A stretch of DNA of 64,000 bases from Pseudomonadota bacterium (GCA_034439715.1 JAWXAY010000029.1:1-64000), one strand, 5' to 3'; counted from the first letter of the stretch, positions 19,198 through 29,799 are shown. Made by a program: numbers and translations. Notes: generated by a model from the sequence alone, not told the origin.

Positions 19198-20343
19198 ATG
19201 AAAACGATAGTTCTTTTATCATTTGATTTCCCCCCACTATCAGGTGGCATTTCTCGCCTTTGCCATGAACTAGCAAAGCAATTGTCATTTACTTATCCCA
19301 ATGGATTGATTGTACTTACTGAAAATTTTGCTGGATTATCTATTGACCCTAGCTGTGAAACCATCCGCACTTTGAGACTCACAAGTACCCGCCCAATTAA
19401 GGAGTGGAGAGCCTACAGATATTTACGCCAGTTGCCCGCATCGATAATAATTTGCGCGACCTGGTATCCTGAGGGACTGATCGCATTACTGAGTCGCAAG
19501 CATAAGGTCGTGATCTTAGCGCACGGAACCGAAATTTTACCTGCAAAGTCGAAAATAAAGCGTTTTTTTTGGAACATTTTTTCAAGATGGGTTTTGGCTA
19601 AATCTGATCTGGTAATTGCAAATAGTCGTTTTACCGCAACACTGGCAAAAGAAATTAGTCCGCAATGTACCGTTGAGGCTCTCCCATTGGCGGTAGATGT
19701 CCAGAGGTTTTTGCCGACAGATAAAAAACTCGCTAAAGCTCTGCTCAAACTTACTAATAAAGTTACTTTGTTTACCGTGGCAAGACTACATCGCTACAAA
19801 GGAGTCGAAACCATAATAGAGGCCATCTCTTTATTGACGTTGCAAGAAAAAGAAAAAATTCAGTACCTGGTGGCAGGCACTGGTCCGTACTTGAAGTCAT
19901 TAGTTGAAAAAGTGAAAGTTCTTAAACTTGAGTCTCAAGTTAAATTTTTGGGCTCTTTAACAGATAATAAGTTAGTAGAATTTTATCAAGCCAGTGACTT
20001 ATTTTTACTTTGTTCTTGGCAGGAGAAGTCCGAACAGAATGTCGAGGGCTTTGGCCTGGTATTTCTGGAGGCGCAAGCTTGTGGCACGCCGGTTGTTGGC
20101 ACGAAATCAGGTGGCATTCCAGATGCTGTCGAACATGCTTGTGGTGGCTGGCTGATTCTAGAAAAGGACACCCAACAACTTTTACAATACCTAAAAAGAT
20201 TTATTGCGAACCCGGATGAATTGACCTCTCAAGGATTGCTGGCAAGAGATCGTGTACTTAAAAACTTTACCTGGAAAACCTACCTCGAAAAATTTTTGTA
20301 TCTGTGCGAAAAACATCTTATTCTGAAACAAAATAATCCTTAG
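19198..20343 (+). CDS. Glycosyltransferase family 4 (PimB-like)
   Basis: DFPPLSGGI, HGTE, VARLHRYKG, EGFGLVFLEA. Confidence 0.93.
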   Translation: MKTIVLLSFDFPPLSGGISRLCHELAKQLSFTYPNGLIVLTENFAGLSIDPSCETIRTLRLTSTRPIKEWRAYRYLRQLPASIIICATWYPEGLIALLSRKHKVVILAHGTEILPAKSKIKRFFWNIFSRWVLAKSDLVIANSRFTATLAKEISPQCTVEALPLAVDVQRFLPTDKKLAKALLKLTNKVTLFTVARLHRYKGVETIIEAISLLTLQEKEKIQYLVAGTGPYLKSLVEKVKVLKLESQVKFLGSLTDNKLVEFYQASDLFLLCSWQEKSEQNVEGFGLVFLEAQACGTPVVGTKSGGIPDAVEHACGGWLILEKDTQQLLQYLKRFIANPDELTSQGLLARDRVLKNFTWKTYLEKFLYLCEKHLILKQNNP

Positions 20344-20517
20344 TATTGACTCAAGAAAATGATTCTGGACCTTTTCTAGACTAGGCTTTGATCTAGGACA
20401 CAAGCAAAGAAATTTACCAATTCCATTTTATTAGTGTTTGAGGATCGGTCCCCCCCTTTTTCAACTAAGTGCGTAGCTTTTATATACGCTAAATATAAAA
20501 CCCCACTTAGGTCTAGC

Positions 20518-20544
20518 TAAGAAGTTGAGAAATATCGCCGATTT
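20518..20544 (+). promoter_or_regulatory. sigma28 (FliA) promoter of wzc
   Basis: TAAG-N15-GCCGATTT, followed by AAGGAG RBS and ATG 20567. Confidence 0.75.
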
Positions 20545-20566
20545 AGCATCTAAGGAGAGTTGTTTA

Positions 20567-23050
20567 ATGATTGATCGAGGACGGGCAAGTCGCGCCTTAG
20601 CCCACAGCGGAATAGATGATGGAGACTATATATTCATCAATCCCCGCAAAATTATTAGAGTCCTTTTAGCAAATAAGAGATTTATCTTAATTTGTATTGT
20701 CGCTGCTATGGGTGTCTCTCAAGCTTACAACTTTTTCTTTAGCACGCCCTTATTTTTGTCTGAAGTGCGGTTAAGAATTGAAATCAAAAATGACCCAATC
20801 GGATTAACGCCACTAATCGATCGTTTTCAAGGTCACGACAAGTCCTATCAACAGGCAAATGCCCTCATAGAAGAAACTAAGTCTACGCAGTTTCTTAATA
20901 CTCTCTTAAAGGAGTACATTAAAAAGCGCTATCCACTTACGCCTTTCATACCAAAGACTCGCCATAACGAAATTTTAAACTGGCTGTATGGATCTTTAAA
21001 AGCCGACCGTTCTTTTGAGAAAATCTACAAAAGACCGGAGTGGACTGAACTTGCGGGCTATCTGGGCGCCCCAATCATAGCTACTGCGAACTTCGACGCT
21101 AATATGATTATATTACAAGTTAAAACAAACTCGCCTTCTGCTTCGGCTAACCTAGCAAATGTTGCAGCCTATGTTTTAGAAAAACAAAATCTAGAGAAAC
21201 TTAAAGAAAACGTCAGAAGACTAAAAGATTTTGTCGCAAATCAGACATCTGAGCGAAAACTAACCCTGGAGAAACTAGAGGCAAGTAGAGTTATTTTACA
21301 AAAACAAACTGAAGCCACCTCTACGATTAGTTTCAAAAAAGAAGAATACCTAAGATATACTGATGACCAAACGAAGCTTCAGGCACTAAAACGCCAGATA
21401 AAAACCGGCGATAATGTAATCTTACAAACACAGGAAGAGTTAAAAAAGATTAAAGAAAATCTCACTAACCCTAAAATGTCTAATTCGGATCTCTATCTGT
21501 CTCAATTACAGCATCGAATGGAACTCTTACAATATCAACGAGCTCTAGTTAGCGATCAAAGCTCCCCGGATTTTGACCAACAGAAAATCGAAATTCAAAC
21601 AGAACTTGACGAAATCTCGGGCAACTATCAAAAGTTTTTAGAAGAGCGAGATAAAATGGGCGGAATTTCTTTTATTCAGCCCATGGAGTATTTAAAATCC
21701 CTTGAGCAGTCGCTAGTAAAGCTCAAAGGGGATCAAAAACGTTTTAAAAATGAAGAAATTAATCTGGCCAATTCAATTCAAATCCAAAAGCGAGAAATAG
21801 CAAAGCTACCCGACGTTTTACGAAAGTTTGAAGATTTACAGCGACAGATTCAAATCGGCAGCGACCTCTATCTTGGCCTCCAACAAAAACTTCAAGAAGT
21901 CGAGATAATGGAAGCTGGTATCACAAATGATTTACAAAAAATATCAACAGCCCTACCGTCCACCACGCCTATTGGATTATCAGCAAAAATTCGTTTTATT
22001 GTGGCTGCGCTTGCAGGCCTGCTCTTTGCATTAGCTCTGTTGGTGCTCAAGAACACTTTCATTCACACAGTCCGAAGCTTTAAAGAACTGCAAAATGAAG
22101 GAATTACTGTTATCGGAGAAGTTCCGATTGTGCCAGGCCTAGCCGCCCCTGTGACTTCGTTCCTTGGCAAGAGTCTTGACCGAGTCATAAATAGAAATAT
22201 TGATAATATGTTCAGTCGATTCGGAAAAGTCGCACCCTCTGTATTTAGAAGGATTGATAGGATAGCACCGAAAGCTGTATCCCAACAGTTGAACAAATTA
22301 ATGCCCCACATTGGTAAGTTGCAAAAAACTCTTGGCATGAATCATCTAAAAAAACCCAGCGAGCTCATTGTCATGGACAAGCCCAATTCGCAAGGGGCAG
22401 ACATTTTTAGATACATGAGACTACGTCTAAGTTCATTTATGTCTACGACCTTTCCAGATAACAAAAATGGCAAGGTGGTTTTAGTAACTAGCCCCACCGA
22501 GGCCAATGGGAAAACTTTCATCTCAACTAACCTGGCTGCGTCCCTTGGCAAAGGCGAAGTAAAAACACTATTAATAGATCTAGATCTCAGGAATTCATCG
22601 GTAAACACAGTACTAAAAGAATTTAATCGTGCAAAGGGAATTGAGACTGCGGTAAAAACAAAAACTAAATTTGAAGACTATATTATATCTGTAACTAAAT
22701 ATTTTGACGTCCTGGTTTGTAATCCCGGAATCGAAAACCCTACCGAAGTGTTGGAGTCCCAGTCTCTAAGAGATTTTATTGAGGCGCAAAAGGCCAATTA
22801 CGAATATATCTTTATTGACTCGCCCCCAGTGCTCGCCGCCTGTGACCCTGCGCTCATAGCGCCTCAAGTGGATGTTATCCTAATGGTCACTGCTTACGAA
22901 ATTACTTTTAGAGAAGATGTCCAACTGGCAATCGAAGGACTTCAGGCCGGCAAGAAACACCCGATGGTAGGAGTGTTAAATCTTGTTGATAGCGGGTTTA
23001 ACTATGGATACGGCTATGGCTACGGCTACCATAATAAAAAGGCAAGTTAA
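20567..23050 (+). CDS. wzc: Polysaccharide co-polymerase / BY-kinase
   Basis: Two TM helices flanking a coiled-coil periplasmic region; SPTEANGKT, IDLDLR, IDSPP; C-terminal YGYGYGYGY. Confidence 0.92.
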   Translation: MIDRGRASRALAHSGIDDGDYIFINPRKIIRVLLANKRFILICIVAAMGVSQAYNFFFSTPLFLSEVRLRIEIKNDPIGLTPLIDRFQGHDKSYQQANALIEETKSTQFLNTLLKEYIKKRYPLTPFIPKTRHNEILNWLYGSLKADRSFEKIYKRPEWTELAGYLGAPIIATANFDANMIILQVKTNSPSASANLANVAAYVLEKQNLEKLKENVRRLKDFVANQTSERKLTLEKLEASRVILQKQTEATSTISFKKEEYLRYTDDQTKLQALKRQIKTGDNVILQTQEELKKIKENLTNPKMSNSDLYLSQLQHRMELLQYQRALVSDQSSPDFDQQKIEIQTELDEISGNYQKFLEERDKMGGISFIQPMEYLKSLEQSLVKLKGDQKRFKNEEINLANSIQIQKREIAKLPDVLRKFEDLQRQIQIGSDLYLGLQQKLQEVEIMEAGITNDLQKISTALPSTTPIGLSAKIRFIVAALAGLLFALALLVLKNTFIHTVRSFKELQNEGITVIGEVPIVPGLAAPVTSFLGKSLDRVINRNIDNMFSRFGKVAPSVFRRIDRIAPKAVSQQLNKLMPHIGKLQKTLGMNHLKKPSELIVMDKPNSQGADIFRYMRLRLSSFMSTTFPDNKNGKVVLVTSPTEANGKTFISTNLAASLGKGEVKTLLIDLDLRNSSVNTVLKEFNRAKGIETAVKTKTKFEDYIISVTKYFDVLVCNPGIENPTEVLESQSLRDFIEAQKANYEYIFIDSPPVLAACDPALIAPQVDVILMVTAYEITFREDVQLAIEGLQAGKKHPMVGVLNLVDSGFNYGYGYGYGYHNKKAS

Positions 23051-24102
23051 TGAATAATGAAAATTTTTCGAGCGTTTGCAAAAACCTCGAGGATTCACCA
23101 CGTCTTTGGCTAGTCACCGGCGTTGCCGGATTTATCGGTTCTCATCTACTCGAGGAACTATTAAAATTAAATCAAAAAGTAATCGGGCTAGACAACTTTA
23201 TAACAGGATTTGAATCCAATTTAGACGAAGTTAAATCATTGGTTTCTGCCAAACAATGGAAAAATTTTAGTTTTTTCAAAGGCGACATTACCTCCATAGA
23301 AGACTGCAAAAAGGTCTTTGCTTTAAGACCTGAATTTGTCCTTCATCAGGCCGCGCTGGGATCTGTTCCTAGATCTATTGAAAATCCGATTGCGACAAAT
23401 CATCACAATGTAACTGGATTTCTTAATGTCATTGAGTTTGCAAAAAATGTGAGAGTTAAGGGTTTTGTTTATGCCTCATCCAGTGCCGTATACGGCGATC
23501 ACCCAGAGCTACCTAAAGTGGAAGAGCGCATCGGAAACTGCCTCTCTCCCTATGCCGTAAGCAAAAAAATAGATGAGCAATATGCAGACGTTTTTAATCT
23601 AAATTATGGTTTTCGTGCAATTGGGTTAAGGTACTTTAATGTTTTTGGTGCGAGACAGTCACCAAATGGGCCTTACGCAGCAGTGATACCCAAGTGGATT
23701 GATGCTTTGGCGGGAGAACAAACCGTACTAATTAATGGTGATGGCGAAACTAGTCGCGACTTTTGTTACGTAAAAAATGTAGTGCAGGCAAATATTTTGG
23801 CTGCCGCAGGTCAAACTAAAACAAATGCTCCCAAGATTTTTAATATCGCCTGTGGCGATCGAACAACTTTAAATGAATTATATAGAATTCTAAAAGACTT
23901 GTTAGTTTCAATTAATCCTAACGTTAAAAATGCCAAGGCCACTTACCAAGATTTTCGAGCAGGCGACGTAAAGCATTCCTTGGCTGACATTTCTAACGCG
24001 AAACAGTTTCTGGGCTATGAACCTAAAGTAAAAATTGGTGAGGGATTAAAAGAATGTTTTGCCTGGTATCTTTCAACACCAAAGGCACAAAAGTCGAGCT
24101 AG
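23050..24102 (+). CDS. UDP-GlcNAc 4-epimerase, WbpP/TviC-like SDR
   Basis: GVAGFIG, HQAALGSVPRSI, SPYAVSK, LRYFNVFG, GDGETSRDF. Confidence 0.92.
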   Translation: MNNENFSSVCKNLEDSPRLWLVTGVAGFIGSHLLEELLKLNQKVIGLDNFITGFESNLDEVKSLVSAKQWKNFSFFKGDITSIEDCKKVFALRPEFVLHQAALGSVPRSIENPIATNHHNVTGFLNVIEFAKNVRVKGFVYASSSAVYGDHPELPKVEERIGNCLSPYAVSKKIDEQYADVFNLNYGFRAIGLRYFNVFGARQSPNGPYAAVIPKWIDALAGEQTVLINGDGETSRDFCYVKNVVQANILAAAGQTKTNAPKIFNIACGDRTTLNELYRILKDLLVSINPNVKNAKATYQDFRAGDVKHSLADISNAKQFLGYEPKVKIGEGLKECFAWYLSTPKAQKSS

Positions 24103-24117
24103 ACCAAGATACTCACT

Positions 24118-24144
24118 CTAGAAACAATCCCAATTGGTCGATAA
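24118..24144 (+). promoter_or_regulatory. Possible sigma28 promoter of wecA
   Basis: CTAG-N15-GTCGATAA; the -35 element is imperfect. Confidence 0.45.
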
Positions 24145-24169
24145 GTAAGTTGTATAATAAAGGGACACT

Positions 24170-25636
24170 ATGCTGGGGCTACCTGTTTCTAAATATGTAA
24201 TTTCGTTTGTTGTCGCCACCGCCACTAGCGCACTGGTCGTGCCACTCATTATTTATTTGTGTAGAAAATTTAAAATATTATCAAAAATAGATTTTCGCAG
24301 AAAAAACGACATCAGAACTCCACTTCTTGGAGGCTTAAGCATATTTATTGCCTTTATAGTGGCGGCTCTCTCCATCGATGCCTCCTTTGCCGGCAAACTT
24401 TTATTATGTGGTTTACCCATAGTAATTACGGGCATCATTGACGACATTTGGGAACTTCCCTCGCAGCCAAAATTTATCGCGCAAATTATTGCTGTAACTC
24501 TATGGTTGGGATTCACCCCCGATGACGGCTTAATGCTCGAGAAACTGGGCATGGCGAGAACTTTGGCGTTTATCTTGACCGGTTTTTGGATGGTCGGAAT
24601 AATTAATGCCTTTAATTTTATTGACGGAATGGATGGAGAAGCAAGTCTGACTTCTACCATGATATTAATTACTTTAGTTTTACTTACAAAAAATACTGAG
24701 TCCTCCTACGCGGCTATGGCTTTAGCTGGCGCTTGTTTTGGGTTTGCTCTTTATAACCTGCCACCTGCTAAAATCTATTTGGGTGATAGTGGCAGCACAT
24801 TCTTGGGATTCGCTACTAGCGCTTTGGCCGCGCATCTCGTGCCTCCCATGGCCAGTAAGGCCTACGTGCTTATTCCACTATTCTTATTTGCCTTTCCTGA
24901 AATCGATGCCTGCCTTGCGATTTTTAGAAGATTGCGCTCGGGAACATCAATTTTTAAAGGTGACCACGAGCACCTACATCACAAACTACAAAAATTAGGG
25001 TTTTCCGTTTCGAGATCTCTGATAGTTATAGGTGTGGCAATTATATACAGCTGTTTTACGGCTTGGTTTATTTCTGAACTTAGTGAGACCCATCTGATAT
25101 TATCGGCAACGGTGATATCAACCATGGGTCTACTTGGAGTATTGGGTGCAGTTTATTACACTTATTTTAGACTCGCCAAACAGGTCTCTGTCTACAGTCG
25201 AACTCTTATGCACAAATATATCGAATTTACCAATAAACTCTATTTTGACCCCAGAAATTTTTTTGGCGTAAGTTTTGATCTCCTTCCTTACTACAAGGAA
25301 ATCCAACAAAGGGGCCTACTTTCGGTGGATAACTTTGTGAATTCTTTTGCGGTATTTTTAACTGCGCTGTTTCCTGACGGAAACTTTAAACTAGTTGGTT
25401 CTTACACCATTGTAGCATTAGCGAAAAAAGGATTGGGTCAAAAGAAAAATGAAGCCGCCATTGCACTCGCCTTTCATGATCTGCTATCAAATTACAAGCT
25501 TATTAAGACCGGTGATAAAACTCCATCAGGACTTAACTTCTACTCTGACTCAAAGGATGCCGAGGCTTTCCATAAGTTAGCCACAATTGAGGCTTCGGGA
25601 GCCGTTGAAATTACCCAGCTTCCACGCGCCAGCTAA
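24170..25636 (+). CDS. wecA: Undecaprenyl-phosphate HexNAc-1-phosphate transferase (WecA/MraY family) with C-terminal soluble extension
   Basis: PLLGGL, GIIDD, NFIDGMDG, PAKIYLGDSG, GDHEHLHH; extra cytoplasmic tail of about 140 aa. Confidence 0.88.
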   Translation: MLGLPVSKYVISFVVATATSALVVPLIIYLCRKFKILSKIDFRRKNDIRTPLLGGLSIFIAFIVAALSIDASFAGKLLLCGLPIVITGIIDDIWELPSQPKFIAQIIAVTLWLGFTPDDGLMLEKLGMARTLAFILTGFWMVGIINAFNFIDGMDGEASLTSTMILITLVLLTKNTESSYAAMALAGACFGFALYNLPPAKIYLGDSGSTFLGFATSALAAHLVPPMASKAYVLIPLFLFAFPEIDACLAIFRRLRSGTSIFKGDHEHLHHKLQKLGFSVSRSLIVIGVAIIYSCFTAWFISELSETHLILSATVISTMGLLGVLGAVYYTYFRLAKQVSVYSRTLMHKYIEFTNKLYFDPRNFFGVSFDLLPYYKEIQQRGLLSVDNFVNSFAVFLTALFPDGNFKLVGSYTIVALAKKGLGQKKNEAAIALAFHDLLSNYKLIKTGDKTPSGLNFYSDSKDAEAFHKLATIEASGAVEITQLPRAS

Positions 25637-25679
25637 TCATTGACCGATATGCAATAAATCATTAGTCTTAGCTCACATA

Positions 25680-27254
25680 ATGACTAAGTTTGAAACCGAA
25701 ATCTCAAAACGACGTACCTTTGCTATTATCTCTCACCCCGATGCCGGCAAAACTACAATTACTGAAAAAATTCTGTATAATTGCGGCGCCATTAATGTGG
25801 TCGGCGAAGTTCGTGGTAAGGCTGGCACAAAGGCAGCAACTTCTGACTGGATGAAAATGGAGCAAGAGAGAGGCGTGTCGATTACGTCTAGTGTTATGCA
25901 GTTTGACTATGAAGGTTTGAGATTTAACTTGCTCGATACTCCCGGCCACAAAGACTTCGGAGAAGACACCTATCGAACATTGATTGCCGCTGACTGCGCT
26001 ACAATGTTGATTGATGCCGCAAAGGGAGTGGAGGCTCAAACAAGAAAACTTTATGAAGTCTGTCGAATGCGCAAAATGCCGATTTTTACTTTTGCTAATA
26101 AAATGGATCGCGAAGGTAAGAATCCGTTGGAGTTAATTGATGATGTGGAAAATACTCTACAAATGGCGTGTTACCCTATCATGTGGCCGATCGGCATGGG
26201 GGGGCTATTTAGAGGTCTTTACCACCGCCTCAGCAAAAAAATATACCTTTATGAAAAAGGTAAGGTCGAACCCAAGATTGTTTCAGTGACTGACTATGAC
26301 GATAAAAAAATTGAAAAACTTGTTGGCACTGAACTCTTTGAGACCTTTGTCGAAGAACTCACCCTATTACAAGGAATCACCGGAGAGTTTGATCAGAATC
26401 TTTTTTTAAGTGGCAAGCTCAGCCCCATGACTTTTGGAAGTGCTAAAAATAATTGGGGTGTAGATTTGTTTTTATCTCTATTTACAAAATACTCTCCTCC
26501 CCCTCAGCCTCGCGAAACCTTGACCCATATTGTTTTGCCAGCCGACGAGCATTTTTCAGGTTTTGTTTTTAAAATTCAAGCCAATATGGACCGTAGGCAC
26601 CGGGATCGCGTTTCTTTTATACGTGTGTGCTCGGGCCAATTTGAGCGCGGCATGAAGGTTACAAATCTGCGTAGCCAAAAGGAACTTCGTTTATCCTACG
26701 CCAATCAGTTTTTGGCACAGGAGCGAGAAACCGTTGATTTGGCCTATGCGGGAGACATAATCGGAATCAATGACTCTGGTAATCTTCAAATTGGCGATAC
26801 ACTTTCGACGGGAAAAATTTCACCTTTCCAGGATATTCCCCGGTTTTCTCCAGAGCATTTTGGTAGAGTCTTAGTAAAGGATGCACTTAAAAGAAAACAA
26901 CTAGAAAAAGGCCTACAGCAATTAGTTGACGAAGGCGCCATACAGTTTTTTTATGACCCCCTTGTCGGGAAGCAAGATCCCGTACTAGGCGTAGTGGGGC
27001 TGCTGCAGTTTGACGTTTTATTATATCGATTAAAGGACGAATATGGGTTGGCGGTTCAGTTTGAGCGATTGCCTTATCAATTAGCCCGTTGGCCAAAAGA
27101 TACCTTAGGCAAGGCTGTCACGGGTAGTATTAACGGTAACGTAAAAATTTACCACGACGTCCAAGAGAATCCAGTCCTACTGTTCAACGAAGAGTGGGAC
27201 TTACGCTGGCTTCAAAAGCAGAATCCCGACATTGAATTTAGAATTACTAGTTAG
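25680..27254 (+). CDS. prfC: Peptide chain release factor 3
   Basis: RRTFAIISHPDAGKTT, SDWMKMEQERG, DTPGHKDF, FKIQANMD. Confidence 0.98.
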   Translation: MTKFETEISKRRTFAIISHPDAGKTTITEKILYNCGAINVVGEVRGKAGTKAATSDWMKMEQERGVSITSSVMQFDYEGLRFNLLDTPGHKDFGEDTYRTLIAADCATMLIDAAKGVEAQTRKLYEVCRMRKMPIFTFANKMDREGKNPLELIDDVENTLQMACYPIMWPIGMGGLFRGLYHRLSKKIYLYEKGKVEPKIVSVTDYDDKKIEKLVGTELFETFVEELTLLQGITGEFDQNLFLSGKLSPMTFGSAKNNWGVDLFLSLFTKYSPPPQPRETLTHIVLPADEHFSGFVFKIQANMDRRHRDRVSFIRVCSGQFERGMKVTNLRSQKELRLSYANQFLAQERETVDLAYAGDIIGINDSGNLQIGDTLSTGKISPFQDIPRFSPEHFGRVLVKDALKRKQLEKGLQQLVDEGAIQFFYDPLVGKQDPVLGVVGLLQFDVLLYRLKDEYGLAVQFERLPYQLARWPKDTLGKAVTGSINGNVKIYHDVQENPVLLFNEEWDLRWLQKQNPDIEFRITS

Positions 27255-27255
27255 T

Positions 27256-29205
27256 TTATAGAGCATACTTAAGTACTTCTAGCAGCTCTGATGAACCCAA
27301 AATATTTAAGTGCCCAGGATCCTTGTAATAAGTAATTCCATTTATTCCAATTTTACATTTATTATCTGAGCAAAGCGCTTTACGTGGATCAATAATATCT
27401 ACACCAGTTTCTTTACTGAGATTAATAAGTGCCTCTCTCAGTGGCTTGCTAGAAATCTCCTTAAGCCGGTCGTAGTCAATTTCCTTCCCATAAATTAGGT
27501 TCTTTATTAAAATTTTCGAAACACCAACCTCATAGACAGGAAAAGGCAAAAATAAATTAACACGTTTTCCTTCGGACTTAAGTTTATTCACCAAGTCTTT
27601 CAACGAATTAATATAAAACGCAAGTGCGGCTGACTGATCCGCAAAATTTGTGCATTCTCCATTTAACTGGATTTTACAAAGGTGAACATCACTTTTTGAA
27701 TCTATAAAATAGAAGGAGGACATAATCAGATTTACGGTTTTAATGTCGCTTGCCAAAGCTAATTTTAGAACTTCAGAACCAAAATTATTACAATAAAATC
27801 CTTTCTTTTTTCTATTCATACTAACAGTTGGAGGACACCCTGGGGAAGTTGCAAAGAGAAATTTTACCTCCCTATTAGTTTGAGCGACTTGTTCAACGGC
27901 CGGGTAAATTTGTTCGGCGTGCGAGTCACCCCAAAAAAGCACCGCTTTTTTATCCTCGCTTCCTAATTTACATATTGACAATGTTTTGTTGGCGTCTATT
28001 TCCGTTTGGTAGTTCCCGCAATCTTTGGGGTAACGCCACTGAGTGTTTGGATCCGGCGCCACTACCTGCTGAGGCAAATGAGAAAACCTTTCGGGCCAGC
28101 CATTAGAAAAATGAAGAAACAGTCCCACTAAAACTGAGGCCAGGCTTAGTCCACCCGCAAAAAGAAAGACATGGCTTTGGGTTTTTAATAAAAGTCGCCT
28201 TCTTACAGGTTGTTCAAGAAATGTGTACGTCGTCACAGACAGTAATGCCGAAAACAGTAGTAGTAGGATCGTTTCATTCTTCGTCAACTCATAAATATTC
28301 CAGTACCGTGCGAGTATTAGTACCGGCCAGTGCCAGAGGTAGAGGGAATAGGAAATTTTTCCGATGTACACAAGCGGCCTAAAACCTAATAATTTATTTA
28401 CTGTTGTCGTTAGTCCGCCGGAACCACAGTAAATTATTAGCGCTGTGCCAAGACAAGGCGCCAGCGCAGCCAGGCCTGGAAAAGGAGTTTCCGCGTCATA
28501 GCTAAATATACTTAACGACAATAATCCAATACCTAAAACAGACAAGAAATCTCTGGACATGCCCTTTATTTGAGGGAGTCTTCCGACAGCCAACAACGAC
28601 CCCAATAATATCTCCCAGGCTCTATTTGGCGCCAGATAAAATGCACTTACAGGATCTCGATTCACGAGATAAATGCTCAATGCAAACGAGCATAGGGTAA
28701 GGAGTACTAAAGAATGAGAAACATAACGACCAACAAACTTGCGAATTAAGAGCAAAGCGATCGGAAAGAAAACATAAAATTGCTCCTCCACTGAAAGTGA
28801 CCATGTATGAAGGAGTGGATTATCTTCAGCAAGATTTGCGAAATAATCTGTCTTTTTCCAAAATAAAATATTTGACCCAAAAAATGCTGAAGCCACCATT
28901 GTTTGACCTAGGAATTTAAAACTTGATGGCAGAAAAATAAAGTAGGAGGCGGCGAATGTAGCAAACGTGACCAAGAGAAAAATGGGCAGTATTCGACGAA
29001 TTCGCCGTTCGTAAAAGGAACGGATTGAGAAATGCCCGGATTCTTGCTCGTTAAATATAATTGAAGTAATCAGGAATCCTGAAATAACAAAGAACACGTC
29101 CACGCCAACAAATCCGCCGGAAAATAAAGAAAAGTTAGCGTGAAAAAAAAGTACGGGAAGTACAGCAACGGCCCTCAGACCATCAATATCTGATCTATAC
29201 TTCAT
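27256..29205 (-). CDS. Acyltransferase-3 / SGNH fusion (OafA/OatA-like O-acetyltransferase)
   Basis: YRSDIDGLRAVAV, GVDVFFVISG, HTWSLSVEEQFY, SYSLYLWHWP, GDSHA, DPGH. Confidence 0.93.
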   Translation of the reverse strand: MKYRSDIDGLRAVAVLPVLFFHANFSLFSGGFVGVDVFFVISGFLITSIIFNEQESGHFSIRSFYERRIRRILPIFLLVTFATFAASYFIFLPSSFKFLGQTMVASAFFGSNILFWKKTDYFANLAEDNPLLHTWSLSVEEQFYVFFPIALLLIRKFVGRYVSHSLVLLTLCSFALSIYLVNRDPVSAFYLAPNRAWEILLGSLLAVGRLPQIKGMSRDFLSVLGIGLLSLSIFSYDAETPFPGLAALAPCLGTALIIYCGSGGLTTTVNKLLGFRPLVYIGKISYSLYLWHWPVLILARYWNIYELTKNETILLLLFSALLSVTTYTFLEQPVRRRLLLKTQSHVFLFAGGLSLASVLVGLFLHFSNGWPERFSHLPQQVVAPDPNTQWRYPKDCGNYQTEIDANKTLSICKLGSEDKKAVLFWGDSHAEQIYPAVEQVAQTNREVKFLFATSPGCPPTVSMNRKKKGFYCNNFGSEVLKLALASDIKTVNLIMSSFYFIDSKSDVHLCKIQLNGECTNFADQSAALAFYINSLKDLVNKLKSEGKRVNLFLPFPVYEVGVSKILIKNLIYGKEIDYDRLKEISSKPLREALINLSKETGVDIIDPRKALCSDNKCKIGINGITYYKDPGHLNILGSSELLEVLKYAL

Positions 29206-29225
29206 GAACCTGTCCTACTAATCCT

Positions 29226-29792
29226 CTAATACCTAAGGCCCAAGTATAGGGAAGGATAGAGCATTGAGCGTGTGTTCTTTTCAGCAACAAAAGTAACGTT
29301 GTCTGTTGAACTTTGATCGTAGTTCGACACATAGTAATTCACACGCACACCAAAATAGACTTTGTGAAACAAAAGGGGCGTGTAACCAAAATCAATTTTA
29401 TAGCTGGAGCCGCGCCAATATTCCGTGTTAGTTCCCACCACAAGTTTGCCGCGGGCGTCTACATTGTAATCTACCCCTAGCCCCCAGTTTTTAATTCTGT
29501 CTAGAAAAACGAAAAGCCTTAGTCCAAGGTCGTTACTTGTCCATTTAGTCGTTACGCCACCAGCTTCGTCAGTAAAATTGCCAGACAAGAAAGACAGACC
29601 AATCAAAAACCATTCATCTTGAACTAATCCAAGTCCAATTGAGGCATCGGCCATCATCTTGCTGCTGGTCATATCGGCCGTCTGTGCGAGCTTGTCGGTA
29701 AAATACAGACCGTTCACATCCACTACAAAGGCATTTGCGTTAAAAGAGGCAAAAAATAACGACACTAATAAAAAAATAGTTTTTGTTTTCAT
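29226..29792 (-). CDS. Small outer-membrane beta-barrel protein
   Basis: Signal peptide ending ANA; about 8 amphipathic strands; C-terminal YLGLRY. Confidence 0.75.
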   Translation of the reverse strand: MKTKTIFLLVSLFFASFNANAFVVDVNGLYFTDKLAQTADMTSSKMMADASIGLGLVQDEWFLIGLSFLSGNFTDEAGGVTTKWTSNDLGLRLFVFLDRIKNWGLGVDYNVDARGKLVVGTNTEYWRGSSYKIDFGYTPLLFHKVYFGVRVNYYVSNYDQSSTDNVTFVAEKNTRSMLYPSLYLGLRY

Positions 29793-29799
29793 ACTTAGA

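Noticed and set aside
20442..20468. Minus-strand FliA-like TTAG-N15-ACCGATCC
   Set aside because: Poor match, and it points antisense into a GT4 3' end with no credible gene; cannot be supported without RNA data.
25680..27254. Programmed frameshift in the release factor gene
   Set aside because: This is RF3 (prfC) with a continuous ORF; the frameshift is a prfB feature.
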